Assembly (NCBI GenBank): GCA_951406725.2
Contig: OX597823.1
Location: 102,672,001-102,736,000 of the forward strand
Direction: 5' to 3'
DNA from: Octopus vulgaris
Taxonomy: Eukaryota
Length of the DNA: 64,000 nucleotides
Shown: positions 24,700-37,233 of the stretch, piece by piece
Layout of the letters: the number at the start of each line of letters is the position of its first letter
How positions within the stretch are numbered: the first letter of the stretch is position 1
Translations under genes and position numbers: made by a program
The notes under the pieces: generated by a model
Told to the model about the DNA's origin: nothing
The model's database searches: none
Seen by the model: the letters and a program-made list of their open reading frames with translations, nothing else

Positions 24700-24964
24700 A
24701 TATTTCGGAATGGTCATATTGCCAGTTTAGCCAATAAAAACACACGCACTATATATTTGGTGTTATTTATTTTTACTTTAATCTTAATCTTAATAAGATT
24801 AAGATTAATGTAAAAAATAAATAACACTGAAGCAAAATAACACCAAATATATAGTGCGTGTGTTTTTATTGGCTAAACTGGCAATATGACCATTCCGAAA
24901 TATAACAATATCTGTTTCAACACACAACTTCACATAAAAAATCTTGCACAACAAATATTCAAAC

Positions 24965-24968
<4 letters not shown>
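24691..24968. repeat. Near-perfect palindrome (24691-24911) with short unique tail, inside (AT)n
   Basis: attgttatatttcggaatggtc...ttaatctta-a-taagattaa...gaccattccgaaatataacaat. Confidence 0.85.
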
Positions 24969-25008
<40 letters not shown>

Positions 25009-25090
25009 TATGATGAATTTTGATTGGAAATTATTTTTTTCCCTTTTTGGATCCTTCAAAAAGCTTGAATTGTTCTTTATGAACTTATGT

Positions 25091-25144
<54 letters not shown>

Positions 25145-25213
25145 TATATACATATACATATAAGCACACATACACATCTGCTTCTCTCTCTCTCTTTAGA
25201 TTATATATATATA

Positions 25214-26492
25214 TCAGGTCATACAAGTTCTGTCCGAATTTTGAATAAAGAAAACAAGAGATCAAATGTTATATTTAATTGAAATTTAGTCATCAATGTA
25301 CTTTCCCTGATTATCTATGTCTTCCTTCCATCTATTTACAAGCTTTTTAATCCCACCAATGTAAAACACTTTTGGTTTGAAAGTAAAGAGCTCTGAAATG
25401 TTAGTTTCGACCTCCTCCTAGCTTGCAAAAGTTGTGTCCCCCAAATGATTCTGTAAACTACGAAACAAATAGTAGTCTGAAGGAAGAAGGTTGGGAGAAT
25501 AAGGTGGATGAATTTTTTCCCAACCAAGATCTTCGATCTTCTGTGATGTGATCTTTGCAGTGTGGGGTCGCACATTGTCCTGATGAAACATCACTCCTTT
25601 TCGATTCACTAAAGCTGGTCTTATTTTCTTCAAAGCTTGGTTCAAATGCTCTAATTGCTGACAGTAGACTTGAGCATTGATTTTTGCATTAGGTGGTAAC
25701 AATTCAATGTGAATTATTCCTTTACAATCCCACCAGGTAGAGAGGAACTTTTTTTCCATGAAGTTCCCTTCTCGGTTGTGGTTGAACTTTTCCCCTTTTA
25801 CCAAGCCACTGTTTACAACGTTTAACATTTCGATAGAAGATCCATTTTTCATCACCAGTCACAAATCTATCCAAAAAGGGTGAAATGAGTTCGCAAGGAT
25901 GGAGAGAAAGCAGATGTCAACTTGGGATTTGCAGCTGCTTTCGGACAATTCATGAGGCACCCATTTTCCAAGTTTAGGAACCTTTCCAAGTTGTTGAAGA
26001 TGACGATGAACAGTTGTATGGTTTGAGCTAAGCTTTATTGCCAATTCTTCAACTGATAATGCAGGATTTTCTTTGCGTAATGCTTCAACGAGCTTATCAT
26101 CAAACTCAACTGGACGTCCTTTTCGATCTTCATCTTCAAGGTTGAAATCTCCACTTCTGAATTTTGCAAACAAACTTCTGCAAGTTCTTTCATTCAAGCA
26201 TTCTTTCCCATAAACTGAGTGTATGTTTCGAGTCACTTCGACTGCAGAGTTTCCTTTTTTTGTACTCATAAAGCGTTATGTGCCTTCAATGCTCTTTGGA
26301 TACTTCCATGTTAGAAAGGGTTTTAATCAAAGAAATTTTAATTCTATTATTCTGTAAAATAATATTTAATTAGTTTAAATGTACACAAATGCATAAAAAT
26401 AATTTTAAATGCCATTAGACATTCTAAAATACCATTAAATTTCATTCAATTTTAAAAAAGGTAAAATCGGACAAAACTTATAGGATGACCTG

Positions 26493-26493
<1 letters not shown>
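25214..26493 (-). mobile_element. Full-length mariner element, degenerate transposase (~25286-26309)
   Basis: TA|TCAGGTCAT...ATGACCTGA|TA termini, 1280 bp; WVPHEL, TGDEKW, HQDNVRPH, YSPNLLPSDYYLF; frameshifts. Confidence 0.92.
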
Positions 26494-26544
<51 letters not shown>

Positions 26545-26717
26545 TTACAAACAGAAAACATCACAGTTACTCTGTGTTAGATTTTTGTGTACAACACATT
26601 TCAAATGTGAAACATTTAATTAGAATGAAAGCATAATTTCAATTGACAAAACATAAATGGGTGTGTGTGTGTATGTGAGTGTGTGCGCATGTGTGTGTGC
26701 GTAATTTAAATAACAGT

Positions 26718-27842
26718 TCAGTGCCATGCGAATATCTCTCCAGTTTTGAAAATGAATGTGTTTTTTTTATTTTTTCTCATAATTGCAGCATTTTCGCCAA
26801 AATAACTTCGGCTTACCAACAACGTATCACATTTAGTTAGAATATATTGGTCCATAATGACCTTCATTACATTATCACACACATTTTTCTTCCCATAATA
26901 TGGTTTATCCACATGAATTATTTCCCCAGAATTGTACACAAATTGGGAAGCAAATTTTTCTGAAGCTATTGCCCGCACCTCCTCTGAGTCTGTTGTCACA
27001 AATATTTTGTACTTGCTGGTGTTGTTGTACCTACTCAAGAAGTTCCACACAATCTGCAAGTCTGACATTGTATTCCTTGGCTCATCACCCGGCATGCTAG
27101 GGTTACGTCCAATTCGAATCTGAGCACACACTAGCTGTATATATGGTCTGGGGATGTTAACTGTAAAGAAATTTTGTAGATGTATTTGAAGGACATTGTT
27201 GAAGCGAAACAATAAATTCATCACTTTCGCAAATACACTTTCACTTGACATTTGCAATGCCCAAAGTAGCTGTTCTTTGTAACGAACATTCACTTTCAAG
27301 GCATTCGAATAGTCATAGTTTGTCGTCACATAGACGACATCTTCAGGGTAAAGTGTTTCTAAGTCTGCCCATTGTAGAAGGGGAATGTATTCTTTGTTGC
27401 CAATCAAATAGAGGTAACGACTTTCCAAGCTATGCAGCTCGTTTGCATCCACCTCCCAGTTCACCTTGTTTGGTCGAAGAAAGGCAGAAATCTCACAAGG
27501 TTTTGAAATCATGATGCCAAAACGACGACCCATGGCAAGCGCCATTAAATATACAGACACTATGCCTAGCTGCCGATCTCCCCATCCCCCACAGGTTTTC
27601 TCGCCAACACAATAATAAATAATGTATTTTGTTCGGTAATTATTTAAATGTACCAATTCCTGTTTATTTATGCTTAAATTTTCATTAACTTCATCACTAG
27701 GAAGTTCCTCAAAATGGTCCATGGAATTTTGTTTGAGCTGATTTGATGTTGTCACTGTACATTGCTTATCAACAATGAATTGGTGCCATGTACACAGCAG
27801 AAAGAGGAAGCTGACCACAGCAATGACACGGAAGTCTGGCAT
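26718..27842 (-). CDS. Fucosyltransferase-like type II membrane glycosyltransferase (GT11/GT23/GT37-type motifs)
   Basis: 374-aa intact ORF; N-terminal hydrophobic anchor VIAVVSFLFLLCTW; GGWGDRQLGIVS..LA, QIRIG, IFVTTDS, DQYILTKCD..SRSYFG..AA; pyrimidine tract plus TAG immediately before the ATG. Confidence 0.85.
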   Translation of the reverse strand: MPDFRVIAVVSFLFLLCTWHQFIVDKQCTVTTSNQLKQNSMDHFEELPSDEVNENLSINKQELVHLNNYRTKYIIYYCVGEKTCGGWGDRQLGIVSVYLMALAMGRRFGIMISKPCEISAFLRPNKVNWEVDANELHSLESRYLYLIGNKEYIPLLQWADLETLYPEDVVYVTTNYDYSNALKVNVRYKEQLLWALQMSSESVFAKVMNLLFRFNNVLQIHLQNFFTVNIPRPYIQLVCAQIRIGRNPSMPGDEPRNTMSDLQIVWNFLSRYNNTSKYKIFVTTDSEEVRAIASEKFASQFVYNSGEIIHVDKPYYGKKNVCDNVMKVIMDQYILTKCDTLLVSRSYFGENAAIMRKNKKNTFIFKTGEIFAWH

Positions 27843-28194
27843 CTAAAAATAAATAAAAGAAGAAAATAGAAATAAGCAAGTTCTATGTGACAATTTGGTA
27901 ATACAATGTAGCAAAAAAAAAGTGTAGTTTTTATAGAATTGTCTGGAAGATATTTTGTTATTTTTATTATCATAGTATTTTACCAATAATCTATTTAAAT
28001 TAGTTGCTTGAGAACAGATTGTACAGTCATTTAAACTTTCTACAGAAATATATTTTAAGAATACATTTTTATGGAAACTTTTGAGAGAATTTTGTTTATC
28101 AGAAGAAATATACACTCACATGTATATTTATGTATTCGTGCATACACATATACATACATGAGTGTGTGGTTATATATATATATATACACATACA

Positions 28195-28352
28195 AGCAGG
28201 TCCCAGGAATTTTTCGAAAAGAGGGCACAAGGTCAGAAGAGAATACAATTCCAGGAGAAAAGGGAGTAATAACATTATTTAGATGGGCACACTTCTTTTC
28301 TTGAGGGGAGCATGTGCACTTCAGCTGCACCCCCCTCTCAGTCCACCCTTGA
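28195..28352 (+). mobile_element. Short MITE-like repeat
   Basis: gggcac.aggtcagaag.gaatacaattccaggagaaaagggagtaataacattatttaga recurs at ~36015-36180. Confidence 0.6.
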
Positions 28353-28355
28353 ATA

Positions 28356-28421
<66 letters not shown>

Positions 28422-28595
28422 AGAGGAAAATTATAAAACGGCAGAATGCTAAATTGAAGGTAAATTTTAATAAAAATGGGTGTATGGAAAATTTAAAAAA
28501 TAGTAACTCGACATGCATGTTTCTGGGTCTTGCCCGTCATCAGTCCAGGGCAGCAAGTCCTGCTAGTGACTAAGACTAGCAGGACTTGCTGCCCT

Positions 28596-28636
28596 GGACT
28601 GATGACGGGCAAGACCCAGAAACATGCATGTTGAGT
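28596..28636 (+). ncRNA. Hammerhead-like core (stem I weak)
   Basis: CTGATGA c-ggg-caaga-ccc-a GAAA catgcatg TT (TC in the inverted copy); palindromic stem III. Confidence 0.5.
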
Positions 28637-29548
28637 TATTATTTTTTAAAATTTTCCATACACTCATTTTTATTAAAATTTACCTTCAATTTAGCATTCT
28701 GCCTTTTCATAATTTTTCGTCTCTTGTCATTTCTCCACGTGCGGTCAACACAACCCCACCATTTATTGATTGAAGGGGATTTTTCCTTGTGTAGCATGTC
28801 CTGTACCTTGTTTTTCTGTTGTAAATAATGTTTTTCCCATTTTCGTTATCGTCCTGTTCCACATCTCTGTCTTTCTGTTGTAACAAAATGGCTTTTCCGT
28901 TTTCGTTTCTGTTGAGTTTTACGTCTTTTTGTGGTGTCCTGTATGTATATATATTTATATATGCATGTATATACACATGTAGATGTTGGTACGTACATAT
29001 ATGTTTGTATGTATGCATATATTTTATTTATTACACTATTGTCTGACAGCGCTTCGCGTCGGGTTCGTTCGAATTTTCGCTTCGTTCCATCTCTTATCCT
29101 CCCAGTATTGTTTTATAATATAATTATGACGCGAAATTCTCTCCCTTTGCTTTACCTTCCCCTCTCTCTCTCTCCTTCTTCCTCTTCCTTCTCTCAGCCA
29201 CGTGTCTTCCTCTATCTATCTCTCTCTCTCTCTCACTCTTCCTCACTTTTGTCACTGATAATCCTTTTGCACATTGCTTTCAGGCCGTAAGGTCATGTTT
29301 CCCTGCGCTCGCCAGTACCTCTTCCGTCCCAGCCAGAACAAAGGCCTTTCGTTTGTTTTTTTCATTTGTTTTCTTGTTTATTTTGATTTCTCGTTTTGTA
29401 TTTTCTTGTACATGTATTTTTAATTTTGTATTTTTATCTTGTATTTTATTGTGCAGTTCTATTGTTACATCCTGTTTGTGTTACATTTTTTCGTGCTTGT
29501 TTTACCCCTCTGCGAGGTTATTTTATTTTAATTCTCTCGCAGGAAGGC

Positions 29549-29603
29549 CTAGTATTGACGAGTCGTGTCCTGTCTTGCCTTCGAAACATGCTACGTCTAC
29601 TAG
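29549..29603 (+). ncRNA. Hammerhead-like motif (stem II weak)
   Basis: ctagta TTGACGA ... GAAA catgctacg TC tactag, with a perfect 6-bp stem I. Confidence 0.5.
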
Positions 29604-29857
29604 TGACAGCTAGTGTAGCATGTCCTGTACCTTGTTTTTCTGTTGTAAATAATGTTTTTCCCGTTTTCGTTCTCGTCCTGTTCCACGTCTCTGTCTTTCT
29701 GTTGTAACAAAATGGCTTTTCCGTTTTCGTTTCTGTTGAGTTTTACGTCTTTTTGTGGTGTCCTGTACGTATATATATTTATATATGCATGTATATATAC
29801 ATGTAGATGCCGGTACGTACATATATGTTTGTATGTATGCATATATTTTATTTATTA

Positions 29858-29906
<49 letters not shown>

Positions 29907-30840
29907 CCTGCTCGCTTAGTCAGCGGGGTGGCGTCATTCGAAGGCTAAAGCAATGCAAACGCATTGTGACCAGCGATGTGTAGCAACATCTGATGGTCTG
30001 GTCGGTCACGTGATATATATATATATATATATATATCATCATCTCTCCTCTCATTGTTATGAAGCTTTCCACTCTCATCCCTTCCCCCCTTCAAACACAA
30101 TCCACTGTTTGCATCTTCTCCTGTATCCACCTTGTATTTTGAGACTCTCTAGCATCCCACCACCACTTCTTCTGTCAAGTTCCCACCCACCCTTATATAA
30201 CACAGGTGGAGCTTCGTATCTCAATTGCAAGACACCTCTGCTTATCATTCCATCACACTCTAGCTTCCCAACACATGGCATAAAACCATCACTCCTCTTC
30301 CCCCTCTCAAATACTAACCCCCACCCCCACCATTTAGTCAAAGAGGTATTTTTTCTTTTTTTTCTTTCCCTTTCCCCAACTTTTCCCTTCTTCCTGTTCT
30401 TCCCTTTCCTTGCCTTGCAAGCTACTTGGCAACCTCCTCGCTCGTACCAATGGCACCAAAAAATAACGTTATTTAGAAGGGTGCATGCACTTCTTTTGTT
30501 GAGTGGGGGCACGTGACTCTCCGGCCCACCTTGAACCTGCCTGAGACCACTTCTACTTCTTTGAAACAAACTTTCTGATTTCAAGTGAACTAAATTAAAG
30601 CCTTCCATTAAAATTCCATATTAATTTATATTCCAAAGGACAAAGTTATTTCATTAGGTTCTTTTTTTTTGTTTTCAAAACTGAAACATAGGCTTTATGC
30701 TTCAATAGAAACATGGGAACAGAATGGTTAACAGATTTTTAGATCCAGTGAAATATTTCCATGCATGACTGCATGTATCCATGCGTATGCATTTGTGTTG
30801 TGAGTGCCTGTATACATTAACACTGGCCAATGATGCATAA

Positions 30841-30874
<34 letters not shown>

Positions 30875-31094
30875 GGAGTAGACATACAAATGTGTAAACA
30901 TAGGGACAAAATATTTTTGCTCAAGTACAGTATTAATAAAAGAATGGTAAAAAAAAATGAAAAAAGAAGACAGGTTATAAACATACATGAAAGTCATGTG
31001 ACAAGTGCAAATGATGATTCTGTTGTCAGGAATAAATCCAACTTCATCCCCTGTAGAGGAAAGGATGAACATTATGTTTGGCTGTGTATAAAGC

Positions 31095-31470
31095 ACAGGC
31101 ATGGCTTTCTGGTTAAAAAGCTTGCTTTGCAACCATGAGGTTTCAGGCTTAGTCCCACTGCATGACACCTAGGGTACATGTCTTCTAAAATGATAAGGGC
31201 TAGCCAATGTTTTGTGAGTGTATTTGATAGACAAAAACTGTGGGAGCCCATAGTATATAAATACACAGATGTGTCTGTTTGTCCCCAACTCTGCTTAACA
31301 ACCGGTGCTAGTTTGTTTACATTCATGTAACTTGGCAGTCTGGCAAAAGAGACTGATAGAATAAGAACCAGACTTAAAATAATACGTAGTAGGATCAATT
31401 TGCTGGACTAAAAACCATTCAAGGTGGTGCCTCAGTATGGTCACAGTCCAATGATGGAAACAAATAAAAG
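31095..31470 (+). mobile_element. tRNA-derived SINE (abundant family)
   Basis: Degenerate copy of the family best preserved at 54662-55100. Confidence 0.7.
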
Positions 31471-32149
31471 ATATTGACACAATTACAAAATTTTCAATTA
31501 ACACCCAAAAATAAATTTTTTTTTAAATTTGGAAAGAAGAGAATGAGGCTGAGTAGATGTCAAAAAATGACAATTCAGTTATTTTGAAAGCAACTGATAA
31601 GGAAAGGTGGGTGGGATTGTTATTATGGACAATGACTTCCACTACAAAGACGTTTAGTCAATGGAAATTGCTACAACGAAGAATCAATAAGCCTAAACAG
31701 AATAATTATAAACAGAATTAAATCACTAATCAATCAAAACTTGGGATGTTTCATTAATAAAGAAATTGATTACTTATAGTTTTGTCAGTGAACAAGTCGC
31801 GGTCTCAAAGCGACGAAAATATTTTGACAAATTAAATTTAAATGTTGAAGGGAATCTAACGGTTTTTGTGTGTTTCTTAAATGGCTTATAAACACCTTCC
31901 ATGCTGCAATTGTAATCATTAGATAGAAATAATGAAACCAACTTATCTTAAAACCAGACAAATAGTGGCAGGACCAAACCCCCAAAACAAAACCTGAAAA
32001 AAGTTGATCACTGGAAGTAAAACAGCCACAAAACAATTTGTAAACTTTTAATCATTAAAGTGGAAAATAATTATCAGGAAAGTCAATTCTGATAAGTATT
32101 TGCCATCTGTCATCTTTGATCAGGGCTTTAGGCTCAATTGAGACAGTGA

Positions 32150-32629
32150 TGTGAGGTTGTTGGAGACTGTGGCCAAACCATGGCTAGAGATGGTTGCTCT
32201 TAGAAAGCTGTAAGAATGGAAGCAGGATTCAGCTCGTTGACATACTCCTGGAAAGAGTCAGAAGTTGTCAGAGAATTCCTACAACTCCACCAGTCCCAAT
32301 TTCTGGTCTCCTACTTACCATGATTATAATCCCATGGATTACTATGTGTGGGGTGTGGTTGAGAAAGATCCCCAACTGCTCTGCCTGCAACACCAAGCCT
32401 CAGCTGGTGGCCAAGATCAAGGTGTTTGAAAATCTTTCCAGGGACACAGTGAGAAACGCATGTGCCAGGCTGGAGCTTTCTTGAGGCTGTATTGGAAGCT
32501 GAGGGTGGCTACTTTGAGTAAACTGCTTTCTCCCAGCCATAATCTAGTTGACATTTTTAGTTTTAAAATGATGGGATGTTGTTTTCATTAGCTTTTATAC
32601 AAACTATCAAATTTAGCTCAAACCTCCTG
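32150..32629 (+). mobile_element. Tc1/mariner-superfamily (maT-like) 3' fragment
   Basis: QDSA, YNPMDYYVWGVVE, RNACAR and EAEGGYFE-stop; end ...CCTCCTG|TA. Confidence 0.6.
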
Positions 32630-33007
32630 TATATATACAATGTATACATCATCATCATTTAATGCCCATTTTCCACACCTGCATGGGTTAGATGGAACTT
32701 AATGAAGCAAAGTTTTCTACAGTCAGGTGCTTTTCCTGTTACCAACCCTCACTTGTTTCAAAACAGAAAATGAAAATTTTGCTTGCATGATGATAATGCT
32801 CATTTATAACCATCTTGCCAGCTCTGTCTGGCACCTGTGCGGTGGCACGTAAAAAGCACCCACTACACTCACGGAGTGGTTGGCGTTAGGAAGGGCATCC
32901 AGCTGTAGAAACACTGCCAGATCAGATTGGAGCCTGGTGCAGCCTCCTGGCTTCACAGACCCCAGTTGAACCGTCCAACCCATGCTAGCATGGAAAGCGG
33001 ACGCTAA

Positions 33008-33040
<33 letters not shown>

Positions 33041-33682
33041 TGATGTCAACACAACGATAAACACACACACACACACACACACATGTCCACACTCATTTGT
33101 TTTTCAATGACATGGTTACTGGTTCAAACACACTATATGGTACCTTAGACAAACGTCTTCTACTATAGCTAAGGCATTCATTTTCGATGTTCTTTGAGAG
33201 TAGATCTGCCGATGGAGGAATACATACCTTAAGTCGAAACATTTATGAGTTGGCGACAGAGAAAGCATCCGACAATAGAAAATCTTCCTCAATAAACTTT
33301 GACCTATGCAAACATGTTCGAAACCATTCTAAAATGAATGTTAATAAATAAAAAAGGGCAGACCGGCATGGGAGGTTACGCACGTATTTGCGTACACACA
33401 CACACACAGTCTGGGCAGTAAGTTGTGGCCTTGAGCAAGGCACTTCATATTCCAATCATTAAGACATGTGTAAATAACTATGAATCATTAACCAATATGA
33501 CAATTCTATGAAGTCTCGTGTGAAATGAGAAAGTTTGAGAAAAAAACAAAAGGTTCATTTCACACTGGGAAACCCGAGTGGGACAGGAACGACAACTCTC
33601 TAAGTTCCTCAGCCACAATTACTTCCCTTGATACAAGAAATCCGTAGTTACAAGTTTCAAGAATATATAGTATAAATAATAT

Positions 33683-33916
33683 ATATAGTAAAATGAAATG
33701 AAGTGTTGATTGTCTTATTGAATAGATGAAATGTTGAATATGAAATATTAGGGGACTAGTATATTTTCATGTGTTATAGCAGTCTTCAAGGTCCTGGGTT
33801 GTGACAGGAGTGAAGACTGCTATAACGCTTGAAAATATACTAGTTCCCTAATATTTCATATTCAACATTTCATCTATTCAATAAGACAATCAAAACTTCA
33901 TTTCATTTTACTATAT
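33683..33916. repeat. Foldback repeat, ~105-bp arms with 22-nt spacer
   Basis: Arms 33683-33788 and 33811-33916 are near-perfect reverse complements. Confidence 0.85.
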
Positions 33917-34248
33917 ATTCTATATTCTACATTAATATTATAAAGAATATAAATAAAACATAAAAAACAGACAGAGTTGGAATTTCTTTGAATAATATAT
34001 ATCCCTCTATACACAATCATACAAACCCCTTTTTATTTTTATATATATACACACACAATCGGCTTCTGTACAGTTTCCATCAACTAAATTTGCTCACAAG
34101 GTATTGGTCAACCTTGAGCTATAGCAGCAGAAGACCCTTGCCAAAACCAAGGTGCTGTGTAGAGGAACTGAACCTGAAGTCATGCAGTTGCTAAAAGAGA
34201 GCTTCTTAACCACACAGCAGCTGTGTGTATGTGTGTGCGCGCACGCGC

Positions 34249-34279
<31 letters not shown>

Positions 34280-34721
34280 CATGTATGTGTACATGTATGT
34301 ATGTATGTATGTATGTGTTTGAGACAGTAAGAGGGGAAAACTATAAGGTGGTGACAAGTTCCCAATTATTTGAGGCTACAAAACAAGTTTAATTCCAAGT
34401 TCAGCCATTTTCTTCCCATTTAATCTTTGTACCTGACTCATAATGGTTATGGGTACTGCTCTTTCTTTAAAGACAAACAAAAAACGACAGAGTTAAGTAG
34501 TTGACAAACAGTTCTACTTCTAGATATAACCAATAGCAGGATCTGAAGTCTGCTAGATTTTAAAATACTTATCAATGTGTTAAATGCTTGTGTGTGTATA
34601 TGAACTGCTAACCTACTGGTTCACATGACAATTTGCTAATGACTCAGTTAACAATAACCCCAAACATAAAACATGAAAAGTGCATTAAGTAGAAGTTGAG
34701 AATATAATGTTAGCAGGTTAC

Positions 34722-34751
34722 CTTGCCACAGAGTGAAGAACTGCCAGCAAG
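34722..34751 (-). other. Candidate 30-nt micro-exon of the fucosyltransferase-like gene
   Basis: Minus strand: (cttttc)n-ccag|CTTGCTGGCAGTTCTTCACTCTGTGGCAAG|gtaacc. Confidence 0.5.
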
Positions 34752-34857
34752 CTGGAAAAGAAAAGAAAAGAAAAGTACAAAGTGTAAGCAGTTTAAAAGG
34801 AGAGAAGAAATAAGCAATGGTTTTCTTATTAAATCTAAATAAACAATTTCTGAAATT

Positions 34858-35135
34858 CTGTTGTGTCTGGGGAGAGTCATTTTCTTTTTGTGCCTTATTA
34901 TTTACTCACCGGTAAAATTTCCACTTTTTTCTTATTTTTATTTTCCTAAAATTTTCGTTGCGTCTTGCAAAAAATAGTCAAAACTATTGAATAGGACAAT
35001 AAAAATAAGAAAAAAGTGGAAATTTTACCAGTGAGTGTGTTACATAATAAGGCACAAAAAGAAAATGACTCTCCCCAGACACAACAGCATATGCTTCAAC
35101 ACACAAACTCATATAAAGAATCTTGCAAACCAAAT
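34858..35135. repeat. Foldback repeat, ~90-bp arms, with tail
   Basis: Arms 34858-34948 and 34992-35087; the tail resembles the one after the 24691 palindrome. Confidence 0.8.
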
Positions 35136-36874
35136 CCAAAAACGAAATGATTTCTGAAATATAATATTAAAAACTATGAAACATGCTGTACCTTTAACTG
35201 GTAAATGTTTTTCCTTTGATCAAGGCAGAAATACACTAGAATTTTAGAAAAGAGGTAAATGAGTATCTGTGGCTGTCAAACTTTCCAACAGAAACTAGCA
35301 AACAGTGGAGAAAATTGACTTCAACTGATAATCAAAACTAACCAATGATAATAGGCAGAGGCATGGCTTTGTAGTAAGAAGTTTGCTTTCCAACCATATG
35401 AGCTCAAATGCTGGTATTTCATTGGTTAAAATTCGAAGAATTAAACTACGTTAAACTTACAAATTACAATTTTGTTTTCAATTTTGTTTACAATAATGTT
35501 TTCTTTTGACACATTCTACCAGTATACGAAGTTTCAAATTGTTTAGTTAACTAGAAAATTCCGTCCATCAAAAGGAAAAGATCCGCTCATTGTATATACA
35601 CGCACATGCATATGTGCATGTGTAAGTATGTGTGACAGTTTCCTTGTCTTGACTTCATATGATCTTAAATCATGCAAGCATGATTTAAGATCACACGAAG
35701 TCAAGACAATTTTCTGTGAAACATGTCTAGTCATGGAGAATATTATCTTCGAAACAGGTAGGAAGGGCATCTGGCTGAAGAAAATCCACCTTAACAAATT
35801 TCACCTGACCTATGCAAGCATGGAAAGGTGGATGTTGAAATGCCAATAGAGATGATGATGAGTTACCTCTTGGTTGTTGTTACTAACCATAAAAGTACAG
35901 AGCAAACACCTTTGATACGTATTAAAAATATCTTTTCATTCAATGTAAGGCTTAATTTTTTAAGAGGAAGCAGTACAATTATGAATAGTCTGAATCAACC
36001 CCATTATATTACTAGTATCAGGTGCGGTCCCAGGAAGTTTTCAAAGGGAGGGCACCAGGTCAGAAGGGAATACAATTCCAGGAGAAAAGGGAGTAATAAC
36101 ATTATTTAGAAGGGTGTGTTTCTTTTCTTGGGTGGGACGGGGCCACGTGCCCCTTGTTCCCCACCTCCTTGGGTCCTCCAAGTACTTATTTTATGAACTT
36201 CATATGGTTGAAAGGCAAAAATCAACCCAGGTAGGATTTGAACTCTGAATGAACAGGGATGCAATTAAAAGCTATCAGGTATTTCTTTCAGCATTTTACT
36301 ACTTCATTCAATTTCCCTAACCTTATTTTCTTTTTTAAATCAATATTACAAAGAACATATTCACAAGATATTTCTAGAAAATACAGGAGTCATTCAACAG
36401 ACATTCAGCCCAAATTCTATACAAAATGTATGTTACATACTAGTGGGACATAAAAACAAAATGAAGCAACCATGATCAAGAGTTTATAATGTTAACCCAA
36501 TGCAAAAAGTGAGTGCATGCCAATTAAGAACGTAATTACATACAAAAGATATTGGTCCATGTGCAGACAATGGATGGACAAGTGAACAACTCCAGCCACA
36601 AATTTTCATCTCACTTTAAACAATCATTAAACACAGCATCCAAAATCATACAAAATTTAAGAAAAAGTTTATATGTCTCTATACTGTGAAACAGAAAGAA
36701 ATATAATATCTACTTGGCTCTGAAACCCCTACAGTATAATTTTATAGTACAATAAGGCATTTATATCACACATAAACCATTATATAATAATAAGTCCTTT
36801 AGAAATGATTAAAATGTTACTAACAGAATTAAAGAACTCGAAAATTATTCTCAGGGTAGACTTGGAAGATTACA

Positions 36875-37233
36875 TCTTTATATATAAAAGAGAGGTTGTG
36901 TGCTGTCTGTCTCCTACGATTTAGATTCTTAACTACTCCCACATTTTGCGGTGCAGTTAAACCAAAACCGGATATCTTATAGTCGTGATTCATATCAAGC
37001 CCTTCTGGGTATTAGTGTGCGTCTACGATGAGTCTATGATTTAAAAAAAAATTTACCATCAATTTTTCTTATTTTTTAATGTATTATTAAATCTCAGAAC
37101 GTAAAAAGCAACAGTAACCCCCCCCCCCTTTGTGGTTAGCCATATTGAGATGGCTATTATACTTTACATCTCTAAAAATGCTTATATTGTTAATTCCCTT
37201 ACAAACCCGAGCAATGCCAGGCAATACTGCTAG
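36875..37233 (+). mobile_element. Complete 359-bp non-autonomous Helitron
   Basis: A|TCTTTATATATAAAAG...CCCGAGCAATGCCAGG...CTAG|T; same family as 63698. Confidence 0.85.

Larger units (their letters stand above)
28419..29863 (+). mobile_element. pLTR/retrozyme-like element with 5' palindrome and 251-bp direct repeats
   Basis: Arms 28426-28567 and 28575-28718 around a 7-nt loop; direct repeats 28789-29039 and 29613-29863; hammerhead-like cores; (AT)n flanks. Confidence 0.75.

Noticed and set aside
29953-30608. 177-187-aa ORFs on both strands
   Set aside because: Low-complexity purine/pyrimidine-skewed sequence with no recognisable domain
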